A stretch of 64,000 nt of DNA from Terriglobia bacterium (lineage in GTDB: Bacteria; Acidobacteriota; Terriglobia; JAJPHL01; JAPKYU01). Shown here in pieces: positions 12,716 to 23,633 of this stretch. The notes under the pieces were generated by a model, which was not told where the DNA came from, searched no databases, and saw only the letters and a list, made by a program, of their open reading frames with translations. The stretch spans positions 1,312,001 through 1,376,000 of the forward strand of contig CBDCVK010000010.1 of the NCBI GenBank assembly GCA_965223005.1, read 5' to 3'. Both the position numbers and the translations under genes were made by a program. Positions within the stretch are counted from its first letter, which is position 1. Each line of letters starts with the position of its first letter.

Positions 12716-14806
12716 TTAGCGCGGCACGGGACTGCCTTGCATCCGGGCAATGATCTCCTCGGCGATGGCCCGCGGCACCACGTCGTAGCGCAGGAAATGC
12801 ATGGAGTGGCTGCCGCGCCCCTGGGTGCGGGAGCGCATGTCGGTCGCATAGCCGAACATCTCGGCCAGCGGCACCACCGCCTTGATTACCTGGCTGCCTG
12901 CGCGCAGTTCCATGCCCTCGATGCGACCACGGCGCCCGTTCAAGTCGCCCATCACATCGCCCATGTATTCCTCGGGCACTACCACCTCGACACTCATCAC
13001 TGGCTCCAACAACTGCGGTCCGGCCCGGCGGGCCGCCTCCTTGAATCCCATGGAGGCCGCGATCTTGAAGGCTATCTCCGAGCTGTCCACTTCATGATAG
13101 CTGCCGTCGAGCAGTGTCACTCGCAGGTCCACCAATTCATAGCCGGCCAGGATGCCGCCTTCCATGGCTTCCTTGATGCCAGCCTCGATGGCAGAAAAGT
13201 ATTCCCTGGGGATCGCGCCACCGTAGATCTCGTTCACAAACTCGAAGCCCACGCCGGCCACCGGCTCGACTTCCAGCTTGACGTGGCCGTACTGGCCGCG
13301 TCCCCCGGTCTGCCGGATATACCTGCCTTCGGCGCCGGCCCGCTTGCGGAGAGTCTCGCGATAGGCCACCTGAGGCTTGCCGACATTGGCCCCTACGTTG
13401 AATTCCCGCATCATGCGGTCCACCAAGATTTCCAGGTGCAGTTCGCCCATTCCGGAGATGATCGTCTGGCCGCTGTCGGGATCGGTGTGGACCTTGAAGG
13501 TGGGATCTTCCAAAGTCAGCTTGCCCAACGCCACACCCAGCTTTTGCTGATCGGCCTTGGTTTTGGGTTCCACGGCCACCGAGATCACTGGGGTGGGAAA
13601 TTCGATGGATTCCAGTATCACCGGCGCCTTCTCATCACAGATGGTGTCGCCGGTGGCGACTCTTTTCAGACCCGCGGCCGCGGCAATGTCGCCGGCCAAC
13701 ACCTCGCTGACTTCCTCGCGCTTGTTGGCGTGCATACGCAGAAGACGGCCAATGCGCTCCCGGCGCTTGCGGGCCACGTTGTAGATGGCGGAGCCAGCCT
13801 CCAAGGTTCCGGAATAGACGCGAAGGAAGGCTAGCTGCCCCACGTAGGGATCGGTCACGAGCTTGAAAACTAGCGCAGCAAACGGAGCGGCATCGTCAGC
13901 GGGCCGCTCGATTGGCGCATCGGTCTCCGGGTGCAGGCCCTCTACCGGAGGAATGTCTGCTGGTGAAGGCAGGTAGTCCAACACCGCATCCAGCAGCGGT
14001 TGCACGCCCTTATTCTTGAAGGAGGCGCCGCAAAGAACCGGCACCAGCTTCAAAGCGATGGTTTCGCGCCGCAACGCCGCCCGCAGCTCTACCACCGGAA
14101 TTTCCTGGCCGTGCAGGTACTTCTCGAGCAGGGCATCGTCGCGCTCGCAGATGGTTTCCACCATCTTCTCGCGGTAGGCCTTGGCCTGGGCGGCGTACTC
14201 TGGCGGGATTTCGCGCTCCTCGTACTCGTCCCCCAGCGTATCTCCGCCGTACAGAATCGCTTTCATGGTCATCAGGTCAATGACGCCCTCAAACTTCTCC
14301 TCGCTTCCCACGGGGTATTGAATGGCAACGGGATGGGCGCTGAGGCGGGTACGGATCATCGACAGGCATCGGTCAAAGTCGGCCCCCACGCGGTCCATCT
14401 TGTTGACAAAACAGATGCGCGGAACACCGTACTTGTCGGCCTGCCGCCAGACGGTCTCTGACTGCGGCTGGACGCCGGCCACCGCATCAAACAGGGCCAC
14501 GGCTCCGTCCAGCACCCGCAGCGAGCGTTCCACCTCGGCCGTGAAATCCACGTGGCCCGGCGTGTCGATGATATTAATGGACACATCTTTCCAGTAGCAG
14601 GTAATGGCGGCGGAGGTGATGGTGATGCCGCGCTCCTGCTCCTGTTCCATCCAGTCCATAATTGCGGTGCCCTCGTCCACCTCCCCAATCCGGTGCGTCC
14701 GTCCCGTGTAGTAGAGGATGCGCTCGGTCGTAGTGGTCTTTCCGGCATCAATGTGCGCCATGATGCCGATATTCCGTGTCTTCTCCAGGGCGACCGTTCG
14801 CGCCAT
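12716..14806 (-). CDS. fusA: Elongation factor G
   Basis: [21 protein letters not shown] and GMGELHL; str operon position. Confidence 0.99.
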   Translation of the reverse strand: MARTVALEKTRNIGIMAHIDAGKTTTTERILYYTGRTHRIGEVDEGTAIMDWMEQEQERGITITSAAITCYWKDVSINIIDTPGHVDFTAEVERSLRVLDGAVALFDAVAGVQPQSETVWRQADKYGVPRICFVNKMDRVGADFDRCLSMIRTRLSAHPVAIQYPVGSEEKFEGVIDLMTMKAILYGGDTLGDEYEEREIPPEYAAQAKAYREKMVETICERDDALLEKYLHGQEIPVVELRAALRRETIALKLVPVLCGASFKNKGVQPLLDAVLDYLPSPADIPPVEGLHPETDAPIERPADDAAPFAALVFKLVTDPYVGQLAFLRVYSGTLEAGSAIYNVARKRRERIGRLLRMHANKREEVSEVLAGDIAAAAGLKRVATGDTICDEKAPVILESIEFPTPVISVAVEPKTKADQQKLGVALGKLTLEDPTFKVHTDPDSGQTIISGMGELHLEILVDRMMREFNVGANVGKPQVAYRETLRKRAGAEGRYIRQTGGRGQYGHVKLEVEPVAGVGFEFVNEIYGGAIPREYFSAIEAGIKEAMEGGILAGYELVDLRVTLLDGSYHEVDSSEIAFKIAASMGFKEAARRAGPQLLEPVMSVEVVVPEEYMGDVMGDLNGRRGRIEGMELRAGSQVIKAVVPLAEMFGYATDMRSRTQGRGSHSMHFLRYDVVPRAIAEEIIARMQGSPVPR

Positions 14807-14814
14807 GACTTTTC

Positions 14815-14916
14815 AGAATGAAGAGCGAGGAATGAAAAGTGAAGCATCAGCCCAGAACCCACCGGACCCATCTACCACTTCATTCAGAACTCTTACCTCT
14901 TCCTTCTCCCTTCCCC
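14815..14916. repeat. Degenerate 7-bp-period purine-rich then pyrimidine-rich repeat in the rpsG-fusA spacer
   Basis: cagaatg/aagagcg/aggaatg/aaaagtg followed by cttcatt/cagaact/cttacct/cttcctt/ctccctt. Confidence 0.55.
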
Positions 14917-15387
14917 TTACCAGCGATAGTGAGCAAACGCTTTGTTGGCGTCCGCCATTCGGTGCGTCTCATCTTTTTTCTTCATGGCGCCGCCCCGGTT
15001 GCTGGCAGCGTCCATGATTTCTCCAGTCAGCTTCTCCACCATACTCTTCTCGCTGCGACCGCGCGCGTAGGCGAGCAGCCAGCGGATGCTGAGGCTGGTG
15101 CGGCGGTTGCTGTTCACTTCTACTGGCACCTGATAGTTGGCGCCGCCTACGCGCCGGGTCTTGACCTCCAGCAGCGGCCTGCAGTTTTCCACCGCCTTCT
15201 TGAACACCTTGACCGGGTCGTCGTTGGTCCGCTGCCGGATATTGTCCATCGAGGTGTAGAAGATCTTCTCGGCCACCGATTTCTTGCCATCCCACATCAT
15301 GCAACTGATGAATTTCCGCACCAGTGTGCTGCTATACAAAGGGTCCGACAGGACCTCACGGCGATCGACCATGCCTTTGCGTGGCAT
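14917..15387 (-). CDS. rpsG: 30S ribosomal protein S7
   Basis: [11 protein letters not shown] and [15 protein letters not shown]. Confidence 0.99.
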   Translation of the reverse strand: MPRKGMVDRREVLSDPLYSSTLVRKFISCMMWDGKKSVAEKIFYTSMDNIRQRTNDDPVKVFKKAVENCRPLLEVKTRRVGGANYQVPVEVNSNRRTSLSIRWLLAYARGRSEKSMVEKLTGEIMDAASNRGGAMKKKDETHRMADANKAFAHYRW

Positions 15388-15428
15388 CGTTACACCTCAA
15401 ACCAAAGTTCGCCCGGGCGATTTCCCGA

Positions 15429-15803
15429 TCAAGTCTTGGGCCGCTTGGCGCCGTACTTGCTCCGGCCTTGTTTGCGGTCGCCGACCCCGGCCGCGTCCAA
15501 CGTTCCCCGGATGACGTGGTAGCGCACACCCGGTAAGTCCTTCACGCGGCCACCCCGAATGAGGACGATGGAGTGCTCCTGCAGGTTGTGGCCGACGCCA
15601 GGGATATAAGTGGTGACCTCGATGCTGTTGGTCAACCGCACCCGCGCCACCTTGCGCAAGGCCGAATTCGGCTTCTTGGGAGTCTGCGTGTACACGCGCG
15701 TGCAGACCCCTCGCTTCTGCGGACACTTCTGCAAGGCCGGGCTAGCCGTCTTATACCTGGGGGCGCGGCGCCCCAAGCGAACTAATTGATTGAACGTCGG
15801 CAC
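15429..15803 (-). CDS. rpsL: 30S ribosomal protein S12
   Basis: [11 protein letters not shown] and [13 protein letters not shown]. Confidence 0.99.
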   Translation of the reverse strand: MPTFNQLVRLGRRAPRYKTASPALQKCPQKRGVCTRVYTQTPKKPNSALRKVARVRLTNSIEVTTYIPGVGHNLQEHSIVLIRGGRVKDLPGVRYHVIRGTLDAAGVGDRKQGRSKYGAKRPKT

Positions 15804-16213
15804 GAAACATCCTTATACCCCTGCTGGCTCGACACGCACAGAACCACTCAGAGGCTACTTTTGGTCTACCCGTACCTTGAGTTGTCTACCCGAGTGATCC
15901 CCCGCCTGGCGGGGACAGGCGCGCCATAATGATCCTGAACGGGTTCAGGACTTGGCGGCGTGCCTTAAGGTACCCCAAACAAGGGGGTAAATTGTGGCCC
16001 TTTCCAGCAACCCACCGGTTGAAGAACGGGACCTGCGAGGATCTCCCTTTCCGGGAAAGCTGAAAGACCAGCCGCTCCTTCCGGCCATGGCCTTGACCTT
16101 GCAAGGCGGTGGCCTACTGGGAGCTAGAAACTCCCGCAAAGCGCCACTATACCAGTGGCTATGAATTCGGTCAATAGCTGGATAAACCTTACTCAATCCA
16201 GGGAACGCGGATC

Positions 16214-16810
16214 CTATACGTGCAGGATATCTTTTTCCTTGACCGCTCCCAAATCCTCAACCTTCTTGACGTACTCGTCGGTCATTTTCTGCACATCCTC
16301 GTGAGCCTTGCGTTCTTCGTCCTCGCCGATCTTTTTTTCCTTGAGTAGGCGCTTGATCTGCTCGTTACCGTCACGGCGGATGTTGCGGACCGCGATCCGG
16401 TGATCCTCCAGGACGCGGTGCAGACGCTTGACCAGCTCTTTGCGCCGCTCCTCGGTCAGCGGCGGGATGGGCACCCGAATCAACTTGCCGTCGCTGACCG
16501 GATTGAGTCCCAGATCGGAAGCGCGGATGGCTTTCTCTACAGCGGCAATCTGAGAGACATCCCAGGGCTGCACGAGCAGCATGTTAGGCTCCGGGACGGT
16601 GAGGGTGGCCAGCTGGTTCACCGGCGTTGGCGTGCCGTAGTAGTCCACTGCGACATGGTCTAGCAAGCCAACCGTGGCCCGTCCCGTGCGAATGCTCGCC
16701 AGTTCCAGGCGCAGGTCTTGCAGCGTCTTCTCCATTCGCGAGTGGCTCTGGGCCTGGATGTCCCGTGCTGTCAACGCTTCGGCTTTGCCGGCTTCCTCCT
16801 TGTGCGCCAT
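16214..16810 (-). CDS. frr: Ribosome recycling factor
   Basis: IRTGRA, YYGTPTP, LGLNP and PPLTEERR; ATG at 16810 (alternative GTG 16819). Confidence 0.98.
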   Translation of the reverse strand: MAHKEEAGKAEALTARDIQAQSHSRMEKTLQDLRLELASIRTGRATVGLLDHVAVDYYGTPTPVNQLATLTVPEPNMLLVQPWDVSQIAAVEKAIRASDLGLNPVSDGKLIRVPIPPLTEERRKELVKRLHRVLEDHRIAVRNIRRDGNEQIKRLLKEKKIGEDEERKAHEDVQKMTDEYVKKVEDLGAVKEKDILHV

Positions 16811-16838
16811 GACTTCCACCTCCCCAAGAAGCAGCTTT

Positions 16839-16905
16839 GCTTAACTGACCAGGCTTAACTGACCAGGCTTAACTGACCAGGCTTAGACCAGGCTTAGCTG
16901 ACCAG
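16839..16905. repeat. 14-bp tandem repeat (3 perfect and 2 variant copies) containing the pyrH stop codon
   Basis: GCTTAACTGACCAG x3, then GCTTAGACCAG and GCTTAGCTGACCAG. Confidence 0.95.
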
Positions 16906-17604
16906 CGAGCCGACCTTTTCCCCCAGCATCACGCGGCGCAGATTGCCAGACGGCTGCAGGTTGAACACTACAATTGGCAGGTTGTGATCGCGACACAGGC
17001 TGATCGCAGTGGAATCCATCACTCCCAGATCGCGCGAAATCACTTCTAGATAGGAGATCTGCGGGAACAACTTGGCGCCTTTCACCTTGAACGGGTCCGC
17101 ATCAAAGATCCCTTCCACCTTGGTCCCCTTCAGGATTACGTCCGCCTTGATCTCCATGGCGCGCAGGGCGGCGGCGGTGTCGGTGGAAAAGTAGGGGCTG
17201 CCGGTGCCGGCAGCAAAGATCACGATCCTGCCTTTTTCCAGGTGGCGAATCGCCCGACGGCGAATGAACAGCTCGGCCACCTGGCGCATCTCGATGGCCG
17301 TCATCAAGCGAGTGAAGCGTCCAATCTTCTCCAGCGCGTCCTGCAACGCCAGCCCGTTGATGACGGTGGCCAGCATGCCCATCTGGTCAGCGGCGACGCG
17401 GTCCATCTCGCGGGCGGATTCGGAGACGCCCCGGAAAAAATTACCGCCGCCCAACACGATGGCCAGCTCGACACCCAATTTTCGAACTTCGCCGATCTGG
17501 GTCGCTAGTTCCAGTACCGCTTCCGGATGGACGCCAAAACCCTGCCCGCCCGCCAGAGCTTCGCCACTCAACTTCAGCAGCACACGCTTGAAGATCGGCT
17601 GCAT
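16894..17604 (-). CDS. pyrH: UMP kinase
   Basis: [19 protein letters not shown] and [11 protein letters not shown]. Confidence 0.99.
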   Translation of the reverse strand: MQPIFKRVLLKLSGEALAGGQGFGVHPEAVLELATQIGEVRKLGVELAIVLGGGNFFRGVSESAREMDRVAADQMGMLATVINGLALQDALEKIGRFTRLMTAIEMRQVAELFIRRRAIRHLEKGRIVIFAAGTGSPYFSTDTAAALRAMEIKADVILKGTKVEGIFDADPFKVKGAKLFPQISYLEVISRDLGVMDSTAISLCRDHNLPIVVFNLQPSGNLRRVMLGEKVGSLVS

Positions 17605-17656
17605 CCGGCTCTTTCGAAGATCGGCTGGGCGAGCTTCCCTGGCCCGCCACGGCGGG

Positions 17657-18316
17657 CTACTGTGCCACCGCTTCGGGCACCGTTTCAGCCGGTGGCGGAA
17701 CCTGCGCCACCGACTCGCCTACCTTGAAGCGCACGAAGCGCCGCACGATGATGTTCTCTCCTACCTTGGCAATTTTGGAGGAAATCCAGTCGGCCACGTT
17801 CAGGCTCGGGTCTTTGATGAAATGCTGATCCAACAGGCAGAATTCTTGGTAGTACTTGTGGAGCTGGCCTTCTACGATGCGCTCGGCAACCTGCGGCGGC
17901 TTGCCCCCGGCCTCAGCTTTGGCGCGGGCGATGTCGCGTTCCTTCTCCAGCACTTCGGGGGGTACGTCTTCGCGGCGGATGTATCGCGGGTCCGTCGCCG
18001 CAATGTGCATGGCCAGGTCATGCACCAGTTCCTGAAATTCAGCGGTGCGGGCAACGAAATCGGTTTCGCAATTGACCTCCACCAGAACCCCAATCTTGCC
18101 GCCCGCGTGGATGTAGTTGCCCACGCTGCCTTCGGCGGTGGTCCGGCCGGCCTTTTTCTGCGCCGTGGCGATGCCCCTCTTCCGGAGCACCACTTCGGCC
18201 TCGGCCAGATCCGCCTTGGCATCGATCAGCGCCTTCCTGCACTCGAGCAACGGGGCTCCGGTTTTCTCCCGAAGCTGTTTCACCAGCTGCGCGCTAACCG
18301 TCCTTTCCTCTGCCAT
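17657..18316 (-). CDS. tsf: Elongation factor Ts, short form
   Basis: [10 protein letters not shown] and [10 protein letters not shown]; 219 aa. Confidence 0.98.
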   Translation of the reverse strand: MAEERTVSAQLVKQLREKTGAPLLECRKALIDAKADLAEAEVVLRKRGIATAQKKAGRTTAEGSVGNYIHAGGKIGVLVEVNCETDFVARTAEFQELVHDLAMHIAATDPRYIRREDVPPEVLEKERDIARAKAEAGGKPPQVAERIVEGQLHKYYQEFCLLDQHFIKDPSLNVADWISSKIAKVGENIIVRRFVRFKVGESVAQVPPPAETVPEAVAQ

Positions 18317-18321
18317 TCTTC

Positions 18322-18347
18322 CTCTACTCTCCGGCTCTACTCTCCGG
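18322..18347. repeat. 13-bp tandem duplication just upstream of the tsf start
   Basis: CTCTACTCTCCGG x2. Confidence 0.85.
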
Positions 18348-18373
18348 TCTTGCGAATCCTGTTCAGAACGACC

Positions 18374-19327
18374 TCAGGGAAGTTGCGCAGGTGGCTTCGC
18401 GGTGGCCAACGAGTGATCCTCATCCTGCCCCAAGTTCTCGCTCGCTTCCTCCACCACTTCCGGCACTCGTTCCGGTTCAGCTTGCGCCTCCGGGGCCTTG
18501 CCCGGTGCCTCGACTTCGCCTTCCACCGCTGCTTCCTCCTGGATTACTTCGGGCGCAGTCTTCACAAGAGAATAGTCAGTGTCGGCTGGCTCGGTTCCCT
18601 CTTCCTGCTCGGTCGCCTTCTCCGCCTCCAGCACCGCCTCCTTGGCCAGAGCGCGACCTTCAACGACAGAATCAGCAATCTTGGAGGTAAACAAGCGGAT
18701 GGCCCGAAGCGCGTCGTCGTTGCCCGGGATGACGAAATCCACCTCATCCGGGTCACAATTGGTGTCTACGATAGCCACCACCGGAATCCCCAGCTTGCGC
18801 GCCTCTCGTACGGCAATTTGTTCGTTCTGGGAATCAATCACAAAGAGCGCGTCCGGGAGCCCGGGAATGTCCTTAATACCCGACAGGTTCTGGTCCAGGT
18901 GCTTGCGCTCGCGCTCCAGCCGGACCACCTCTTTCTTCAGGAGCATCTCGAAGCGGCCGTCCTGGGCCATGGCCTCCAGCTCTTTCAGGCGCTTGATGGA
19001 CTTCTGCACCGTGGCGTAATTGGTCAGCAGCCCGCCCAGCCAGCGCTGGTTCACGAAGAACATTTCGCAACGCCGGGCCTCCTCGGCGATGGCTTCCTGT
19101 GCCTGCCGCTTAGTTCCAACAAACAGAACCGTCTTGCCCTGGGAAGCCAGCTCGGCAATGAACCTAGCCGCCTCCTTGAATAATTTCAGGGTCTTTTGCA
19201 GGTCAATGATGTAGATGCCGTTCCGCTCCCCGAAGATGTACTCCTTCATCTTGGGGTTCCACCGCCTGGTTTGATGCCCGAAGTGAACTCCAGCTTCGAG
19301 CAGCTCCTTCATGGTAATTGCCGGCAA
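18374..19327 (-). CDS. rpsB: 30S ribosomal protein S2 with a long acidic C-terminal tail
   Basis: [19 protein letters not shown] and [10 protein letters not shown]. Confidence 0.99.
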   Translation of the reverse strand: MPAITMKELLEAGVHFGHQTRRWNPKMKEYIFGERNGIYIIDLQKTLKLFKEAARFIAELASQGKTVLFVGTKRQAQEAIAEEARRCEMFFVNQRWLGGLLTNYATVQKSIKRLKELEAMAQDGRFEMLLKKEVVRLERERKHLDQNLSGIKDIPGLPDALFVIDSQNEQIAVREARKLGIPVVAIVDTNCDPDEVDFVIPGNDDALRAIRLFTSKIADSVVEGRALAKEAVLEAEKATEQEEGTEPADTDYSLVKTAPEVIQEEAAVEGEVEAPGKAPEAQAEPERVPEVVEEASENLGQDEDHSLATAKPPAQLP

Positions 19328-19538
19328 AACACCTCCTCCCGTCTCAACGGACGTAATGGAATCCTACTCCCGCCCACCTTGCCCACGTTGCGTGGACGGA
19401 CACAACTCCAATTTCTCCCGCGGGCCGCCAGCCTGCAGAGCTTCACCATCATTCCGTCAGGTGAAGATTCAGGTTCCTCTCCGGCACGCTTCCGCGCTCG
19501 AAAGCCCCGGCAAAAAAGCGCCCAGAGACCGCTTACGC

Positions 19539-20018
19539 TTAACGCTTAGAGTACTGGAAGCGTTTGCGCGCGCCGGGCTGGCCGTACTTCTTGCGCTCGT
19601 GGATGCGAGGGTCGCGGGTGAGGAAACCAAGCTTCTTGAGCTTTTTTCTCAAGTCGAGGTCGTATTCCAGCAGCGCACGCGCGATTCCTAGCCGGATCGC
19701 GTCCGCCTGGCCCGTGAGCCCGCCGCCGGCGGCGGTTGCCCGTATGTCCAATTTCCCCACCAGCTCCACGGCCTGGAGTGGCTGTTGGATGATGGTCTGC
19801 ATCGCCCGGCCGGGGAAGTACTGCTCCAGGGGTCTCCCGTTCACCACCATCTCGCCTGGGCCCGTCCGAAGGAACACACGCGCTACGCTCTTCTTACGAC
19901 GGCCCGTCCCGTAGAACTGCCTCCCGCCAGCCGGCATCTCCACCCCAGTGAGTTGCGGTTGCGGCTGCGGGTCTTGCAGTTGTTGCTGCTCCTGTGTTTG
20001 CTCGCTCTCCTCAGTCAT
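19539..20018 (-). CDS. rpsI: 30S ribosomal protein S9 with a Gln-rich N-terminal extension
   Basis: GTGRRKKSVARV and ERKKYGQPGARKRFQYSKR. Confidence 0.99.
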   Translation of the reverse strand: MTEESEQTQEQQQLQDPQPQPQLTGVEMPAGGRQFYGTGRRKKSVARVFLRTGPGEMVVNGRPLEQYFPGRAMQTIIQQPLQAVELVGKLDIRATAAGGGLTGQADAIRLGIARALLEYDLDLRKKLKKLGFLTRDPRIHERKKYGQPGARKRFQYSKR

Positions 20019-20046
20019 GTCCTAACCTTAGTCATGTCCTAACCTT
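20013..20046. repeat. 17-bp tandem duplication containing the rpsI start codon
   Basis: AGTCATGTCCTAACCTT x2. Confidence 0.92.
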
Positions 20047-20065
20047 CGAGCTACATCTGCTCTGT

Positions 20066-20494
20066 TCACCAACCAAGCACCTCCGGCGTCTGTGCTTGAT
20101 GCGGGTGCTTGTCGCCCACATAGACGCGCAACTTGCGCGCCATAGCTTTGCCCAGCTTGGTCTTGGGAAGCATGCCTTTGACGGCCTTCTCAACCATGCG
20201 GGTCGGACGCCGGGCCAGCAGGTGCCGCGCCCGCTGCTCCACCAGTCCTCCCGGATAGCCGGTATGATGACGATAAATCTTTTTCTCAAGTTTCTGCCCC
20301 GTCAGACGGACCTTGGAAGCATTAATCACCACCACGTGGTCGCCGGTGTCCAAAAACGTGGTGTACTGCGGCTTGTGCTTGCCCATCAAGATCACGGCCA
20401 CGCGCGCAGCCAAGCGCCCCAGCACTTGGCCTTCGGCGTCCACCACAAACCACTTCCGCACTACCTGGCCCGCAGTTGGAACGTACGTTGACAT
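20066..20494 (-). CDS. rplM: 50S ribosomal protein L13
   Basis: [22 protein letters not shown] and HPHQAQ. Confidence 0.99.
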   Translation of the reverse strand: MSTYVPTAGQVVRKWFVVDAEGQVLGRLAARVAVILMGKHKPQYTTFLDTGDHVVVINASKVRLTGQKLEKKIYRHHTGYPGGLVEQRARHLLARRPTRMVEKAVKGMLPKTKLGKAMARKLRVYVGDKHPHQAQTPEVLGW

Positions 20495-20532
20495 CCAGTC
20501 GAAATCCTCCCCTTCCCCGGTGCAAAACTATT

Positions 20533-20561
20533 AATGTACTGGAACTCCCGCAGGATGTCAA
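20533..20561 (-). promoter_or_regulatory. Sigma70-type promoter of the rplM operon
   Basis: Minus strand TTGACA-N17-TACATT, about 40 bp upstream of rplM. Confidence 0.8.
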
Positions 20562-20625
20562 ACCCGCCAGTTCAGAGCTGCCCAATCCATGGGGCACGAC
20601 GGGAAGCGCCGACACCCATCAAGGT

Positions 20626-23445
20626 TTAGGATGGCCCAGTCGTCAGCAGGTGCCGCAGGACGTAAGGCAGGATGCCGCCGTGCTGAAAGTAGGCAAGTTC
20701 CTGCGGCGTGTCAATCCGTGTGATCGCAGTAAAAGTTTTTTCAGCGCCTTCGAAGTTGCGAACGCGTACGGTGAGTTGCTTCCGAGGCGTCAAGTCCGAA
20801 GAGACCCCTTCAATGTCGTAGCCTTCCTGGCCGGTCAGTCCCAGGCTGGAGGCGCTCTGCCCATCCTGAAATTGCAGCGGCAACACCCCCATGCCCACCA
20901 GGTTGCTGCGGTGGATGCGCTCGAAGCTCTCGGCGATGACGGCCCGGACGCCCAGCAGGCGCACCCCCTTTGCTGCCCAATCCCGCGAGGAACCCGCGCC
21001 GTATTCCTTACCCGCCAGGACCAGCAGCGGCACGCCTTCGCTGGCGTACTTCATTGCCGCGTCAAAAATGGGGAGCAGCTCTCGGTCCGGAAAGTGAAGT
21101 GTCCAGTTGCCTTCCGTGCCGGGCACCAGCAGGTTGCGCAGGCGAATGTTGCCGAACGTGCCGCGCATCATCACTTCATGGTTGCCGCGGCGCGCGCCAA
21201 AGCTGTTGAACTCCCGCGGCTGGACTCCTCGAGCAATCAGATACTTGCCGGCAGGGCCGTCGGCGGGAATCGAGCCAGCCGGTGAGATGTGGTCGGTGGT
21301 GACGCTGTCGCCCAGCAGGGCCAACACACGCGCTCCACGAACATCCGGAACCGTTGCCGGTTCTGGGGTAAGGTCCTCAAGAAAGGGTGGCCGCTTGATG
21401 TAGGTGGAGTCCGGGTCCCAGGTAAAGAGATCGCCCTCGGGAACGCCCAGCGAATTCCAGTTCTCGTCTCCATTGAAAGCATCGGCATTGGCCCGCTGGA
21501 ACAATTCGGCGCGCACGGTGGAGGTGATGGCTTGCTGGATCTCCTCCTGGGTGGGCCAGATCTCGCTCAGGTAGACGGGCCGGCCTTGGGGGTCGTAGGC
21601 CAGCGGCTCGCGGTGAATATCCAGGTCCATGCGGCCGGCGAGGGCGTAAGCGACCACCAGCGGCGGAGAGGCCAGGTAATTGGCGCGCACCAGCGGCTGG
21701 ATACGGCCCTCGAAGTTGCGGTTCCCGCTCAGGACGGAAACGACCACAAGCTGCTTCTCCTTGACCTGCCGAGCGACCGTTTCCGGCAGAGGTCCGCTGT
21801 TACCGATGCAGGTGGTGCAGCCGTAGCCAACCAGATAAAAACCCAGCTTCTCCAGGTAGGGCAGCAAGCCCGTTTCGCGCAAATACTCGGTGACCACCTT
21901 GGAACCCGGAGCCAAGCTGGTCTTCACCCATGGTTTCGGCTTGAGGCCGCGCTCCAATGCTTTTTTTGCCATCAAGCCTGCCCCAACCATGACTGAGGGG
22001 TTCGAGGTGTTGGTGCAACTGGTAATGGCGGCAATCACCACCGAACCATGCCGGAGGCTCTCGTGCTCTTCGGTGGCCTGCAACGTGGTGGCCGCGGGCT
22101 CCGCGGCTCCCGGCGGGACCGGGGCACGATGTGCAGTACTGGCAGCGGCGTCAATTTCATTGTGCCGCTGCAGGGGATTGACCGGCAGCGACTGCGGCTT
22201 TCCGTCTCCGTTGCCCCGGGCCTTCGTCTGGGGTGGCGCTGCTGTCAGCATTTGCTCCAGCGCTTCCAGAAATTTCTCCTTCGCCTGGCGCAAAACCACG
22301 CGATCCTGCGGGCGCTTGGGCCCGGCCAGGCTGGGCTCCACGTCGGCCAGATCTAGCTCCATGGTGTCGGAGTAGCGGGCCTCCGGGCTCTCCGCGGTCA
22401 CAAACAACCCTTGCTCCTTGCTGTAGCTTTCCACCTGGCGGACGTGCTCGGGGCTGCGCCCGGTGAGGCGCAGGTAGGTCAGCGTTTGCTCATCAATCGG
22501 GAAGATGGCAGCCGTAGCCCCGTACTCCGGTGCCATGTTGCTGATGGTGGCGCGGTCAGCGGCCGGCAGATGGACCAGGCCTGGACCGTAAAACTCCACA
22601 ATCTTCCCCACTACCCCCTTGCGGCGAAGCATCTGTGTGATGGTCAGGACCAAGTCGGTGGCCGTCACGCCCTCGGCCAGCCGGCCCTTCAGGCGGAAGC
22701 CAACCACTTCCGGGATCAGCATGGAGATGGCCTGGCCCAGCATGGCCGCCTCAGCCTCGATACCTCCCACACCCCAGCCCAGCACGCCAATGCCGTTGAT
22801 CATGGTGGTATGCGAATCAGTGCCGACCAGCGTATCCGGGTAAAGAAGCGTCTGGCCGTTGTGGCGCGAGCAGAACACCACCCGCGCCAGACTCTCTAGA
22901 TTCACCTGGTGCACGATGCCGGTGTCGGGCGGCACGACGCGGAAGTTGCGAAACACCTTCTGAGCCCACCGCAGGAACAAGTAGCGCTCGCGGTTTCGCT
23001 CAAACTCCAGTTGCGCGTTTTGCCCAAAGGCAGACGCCGAGCCGAAGTAGTCCACCTGCACCGAATGGTCAATGACCAGCTCGACCGGCTGCAGCGGGTT
23101 TACTTTCACCGGGTCGCCGCCCATGCGCTGGACCGCGTCGCGCATCGCCGCCAGGTCCGCCACGCAGGGCACGCCGGTGAAGTCCTGGAGCAGGACGCGC
23201 GCCGGGAGAAACGCAATTTCATGGTCGCGCATCTTCGCTGGATCCCATTTGGCCAGGGCTAGGATGTCGTCCTGCTTGACGACGGTCCCATCCTCATGCC
23301 GGAGCAGATTCTCCAGCAGAATCCTCAGCGAATAGGGCAGACGGGAGATAGAGCCCATACCTTGCTGCTCCAACCCTGGCAGGCTGTAAAAGTGAAATAC
23401 CTCCCCGTTGATGGGGAGCTCGGCCAAGCTGTTGAAGCTATTCAA
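20626..23445 (-). CDS. acnA: Aconitate hydratase A
   Basis: [36 protein letters not shown] and [10 protein letters not shown]; start placed at TTG 23445 (uncertain). Confidence 0.98.
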   Translation of the reverse strand: MNSFNSLAELPINGEVFHFYSLPGLEQQGMGSISRLPYSLRILLENLLRHEDGTVVKQDDILALAKWDPAKMRDHEIAFLPARVLLQDFTGVPCVADLAAMRDAVQRMGGDPVKVNPLQPVELVIDHSVQVDYFGSASAFGQNAQLEFERNRERYLFLRWAQKVFRNFRVVPPDTGIVHQVNLESLARVVFCSRHNGQTLLYPDTLVGTDSHTTMINGIGVLGWGVGGIEAEAAMLGQAISMLIPEVVGFRLKGRLAEGVTATDLVLTITQMLRRKGVVGKIVEFYGPGLVHLPAADRATISNMAPEYGATAAIFPIDEQTLTYLRLTGRSPEHVRQVESYSKEQGLFVTAESPEARYSDTMELDLADVEPSLAGPKRPQDRVVLRQAKEKFLEALEQMLTAAPPQTKARGNGDGKPQSLPVNPLQRHNEIDAAASTAHRAPVPPGAAEPAATTLQATEEHESLRHGSVVIAAITSCTNTSNPSVMVGAGLMAKKALERGLKPKPWVKTSLAPGSKVVTEYLRETGLLPYLEKLGFYLVGYGCTTCIGNSGPLPETVARQVKEKQLVVVSVLSGNRNFEGRIQPLVRANYLASPPLVVAYALAGRMDLDIHREPLAYDPQGRPVYLSEIWPTQEEIQQAITSTVRAELFQRANADAFNGDENWNSLGVPEGDLFTWDPDSTYIKRPPFLEDLTPEPATVPDVRGARVLALLGDSVTTDHISPAGSIPADGPAGKYLIARGVQPREFNSFGARRGNHEVMMRGTFGNIRLRNLLVPGTEGNWTLHFPDRELLPIFDAAMKYASEGVPLLVLAGKEYGAGSSRDWAAKGVRLLGVRAVIAESFERIHRSNLVGMGVLPLQFQDGQSASSLGLTGQEGYDIEGVSSDLTPRKQLTVRVRNFEGAEKTFTAITRIDTPQELAYFQHGGILPYVLRHLLTTGPS

Positions 23446-23584
23446 TGTTGTGTTCCGGGCAGCGTCGTGTTTCGGGCAGCCCTCGGACTTGCTTCCTCCA
23501 CAGTATCCCATGCGCGGTAGGAGACGGGCCAGGTTTTGTTTGCCGGCCGGCTGGCCGGCTGAGGCAAGCAAACTGTGGCACAAT

Positions 23585-23613
23585 CTATTTATCCGGCTAT
23601 TTATCCGGCTATT
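23585..23613. repeat. 12-bp tandem duplication in the acnA/GT2 divergent spacer
   Basis: CTATTTATCCGG x2 plus CTATT. Confidence 0.85.
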
Positions 23614-23633
23614 CACTGCGGCAACTCGCTGTC

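Noticed and set aside
16839-16905. Short repeat arrays (also 50295-50366) as possible CRISPR
   Set aside because: Units are 12-14 bp and contiguous, with no unique spacers and no cas genes.
17204-19183. 659-aa plus-strand ORF and other long antisense ORFs (11420-12664, 12671-13834, 60038-61573, 62071-63342)
   Set aside because: Shadow frames opposite well-supported genes in GC-rich DNA; no recognisable motifs.
23446-23616. N-terminal ORF extensions of acnA (likewise rplF, gatC, maf, GT4, YIP1, hydantoinase A, ppa)
   Set aside because: The longest-ORF starts overlap neighbours or promoters; family homology begins at the downstream starts used.
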